Origin: Zygophlyctis sp. KS116
Lineage: Eukaryota > Fungi > Chytridiomycota
Length of the DNA: 32,000 nucleotides
NCBI GenBank assembly: GCA_054661495.1
Contig: BAAFSQ010000099.1
Location: forward strand, 1,205-33,204
Direction of reading: 5' to 3'
Under the pieces are notes generated by a model, which saw only the letters and a list, made by a program, of their open reading frames with translations, did no database searches and had not been told where the DNA came from. Both the position numbers and the translations under genes were made by a program. This document shows, piece by piece, positions 31,762 to 32,000 of this stretch (position 1 is the stretch's first letter; each line of letters opens with the position of its first letter).

Positions 31762-32000
31762 CTAAGAGGGAGAGATATTTCTGCTTTTCCTGAGTTGCCC
31801 CAATGCAACAGAAGCATCATAAAAACTGATGTTCTTGAGATTTGAATATTCTTCAATTATTTTGACAACGTATATTCTTCTTTTTACTTTCTGTGCTAAG
31901 GTATTGGAGGCTTTTCTCCAAGATTTTCGGTTATTTTCCATCCATTTGAGAGCAGGACGATGATTTAATCCTACATTTTCAGTGAAAACAAATTACCTAT
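31762..32000 (-). pseudogene. GCR1_C-domain fragment (Crypton-related or transcription factor), runs off the window
   Basis: After 26-nt intron 31971-31996: GLNHRPALKWMENNRKSWRK...KVKRRIYVVKIIEE...DASVALGQLRKSRNIS*, the GCR1_C pattern. TAG 31762-31764 may be premature. Confidence 0.55.

Noticed and set aside
30393-31764. TAG reassignment suggested by in-frame TAGs in the HNH and GCR1_C fragments
   Set aside because: TAG terminates THG1, RAD4, XRCC3, ERG26 and SNAPC3; decay by transition mutation is simpler.

Overview
Eukaryotic nuclear DNA, AT-rich, most likely from an early-diverging (chytrid-like/zoosporic) fungus; the taxon is inferred from protein character and is not proven. A central island (about 2.2-28.7 kb) holds 19 housekeeping-type genes packed almost without intergenic space: an RRM/RS protein, SEC62, importin-4, VPS55, NUG1/GNL3, THG1, a coiled-coil protein, RAD4, CENP-X/MHF2 (absent from the ORF track), MIOS/SEA4, a DUF5092-like protein, a C1orf109-like protein, XRCC3, PAC1, ERG26, GSH2, TOF1/Timeless, SNAPC3 and one hypothetical gene. 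Manual splicing gives about 60 GT-AG introns in the first 18 genes, nearly all 23-31 nt. Tandem genes are mostly 6-34 nt apart, two convergent pairs share overlapping stop codons, one convergent pair overlaps by 14 nt, and RAD4 and CENP-X overlap head-to-head. Two of the few larger spaces hold candidate box C/D snoRNAs. The island is flanked by decayed mobile DNA: Helitron and hAT on the left; Gypsy/chromovirus, RNase H, HNH-nuclease and GCR1_C fragments on the right. All gene models were spliced by eye without transcript data.
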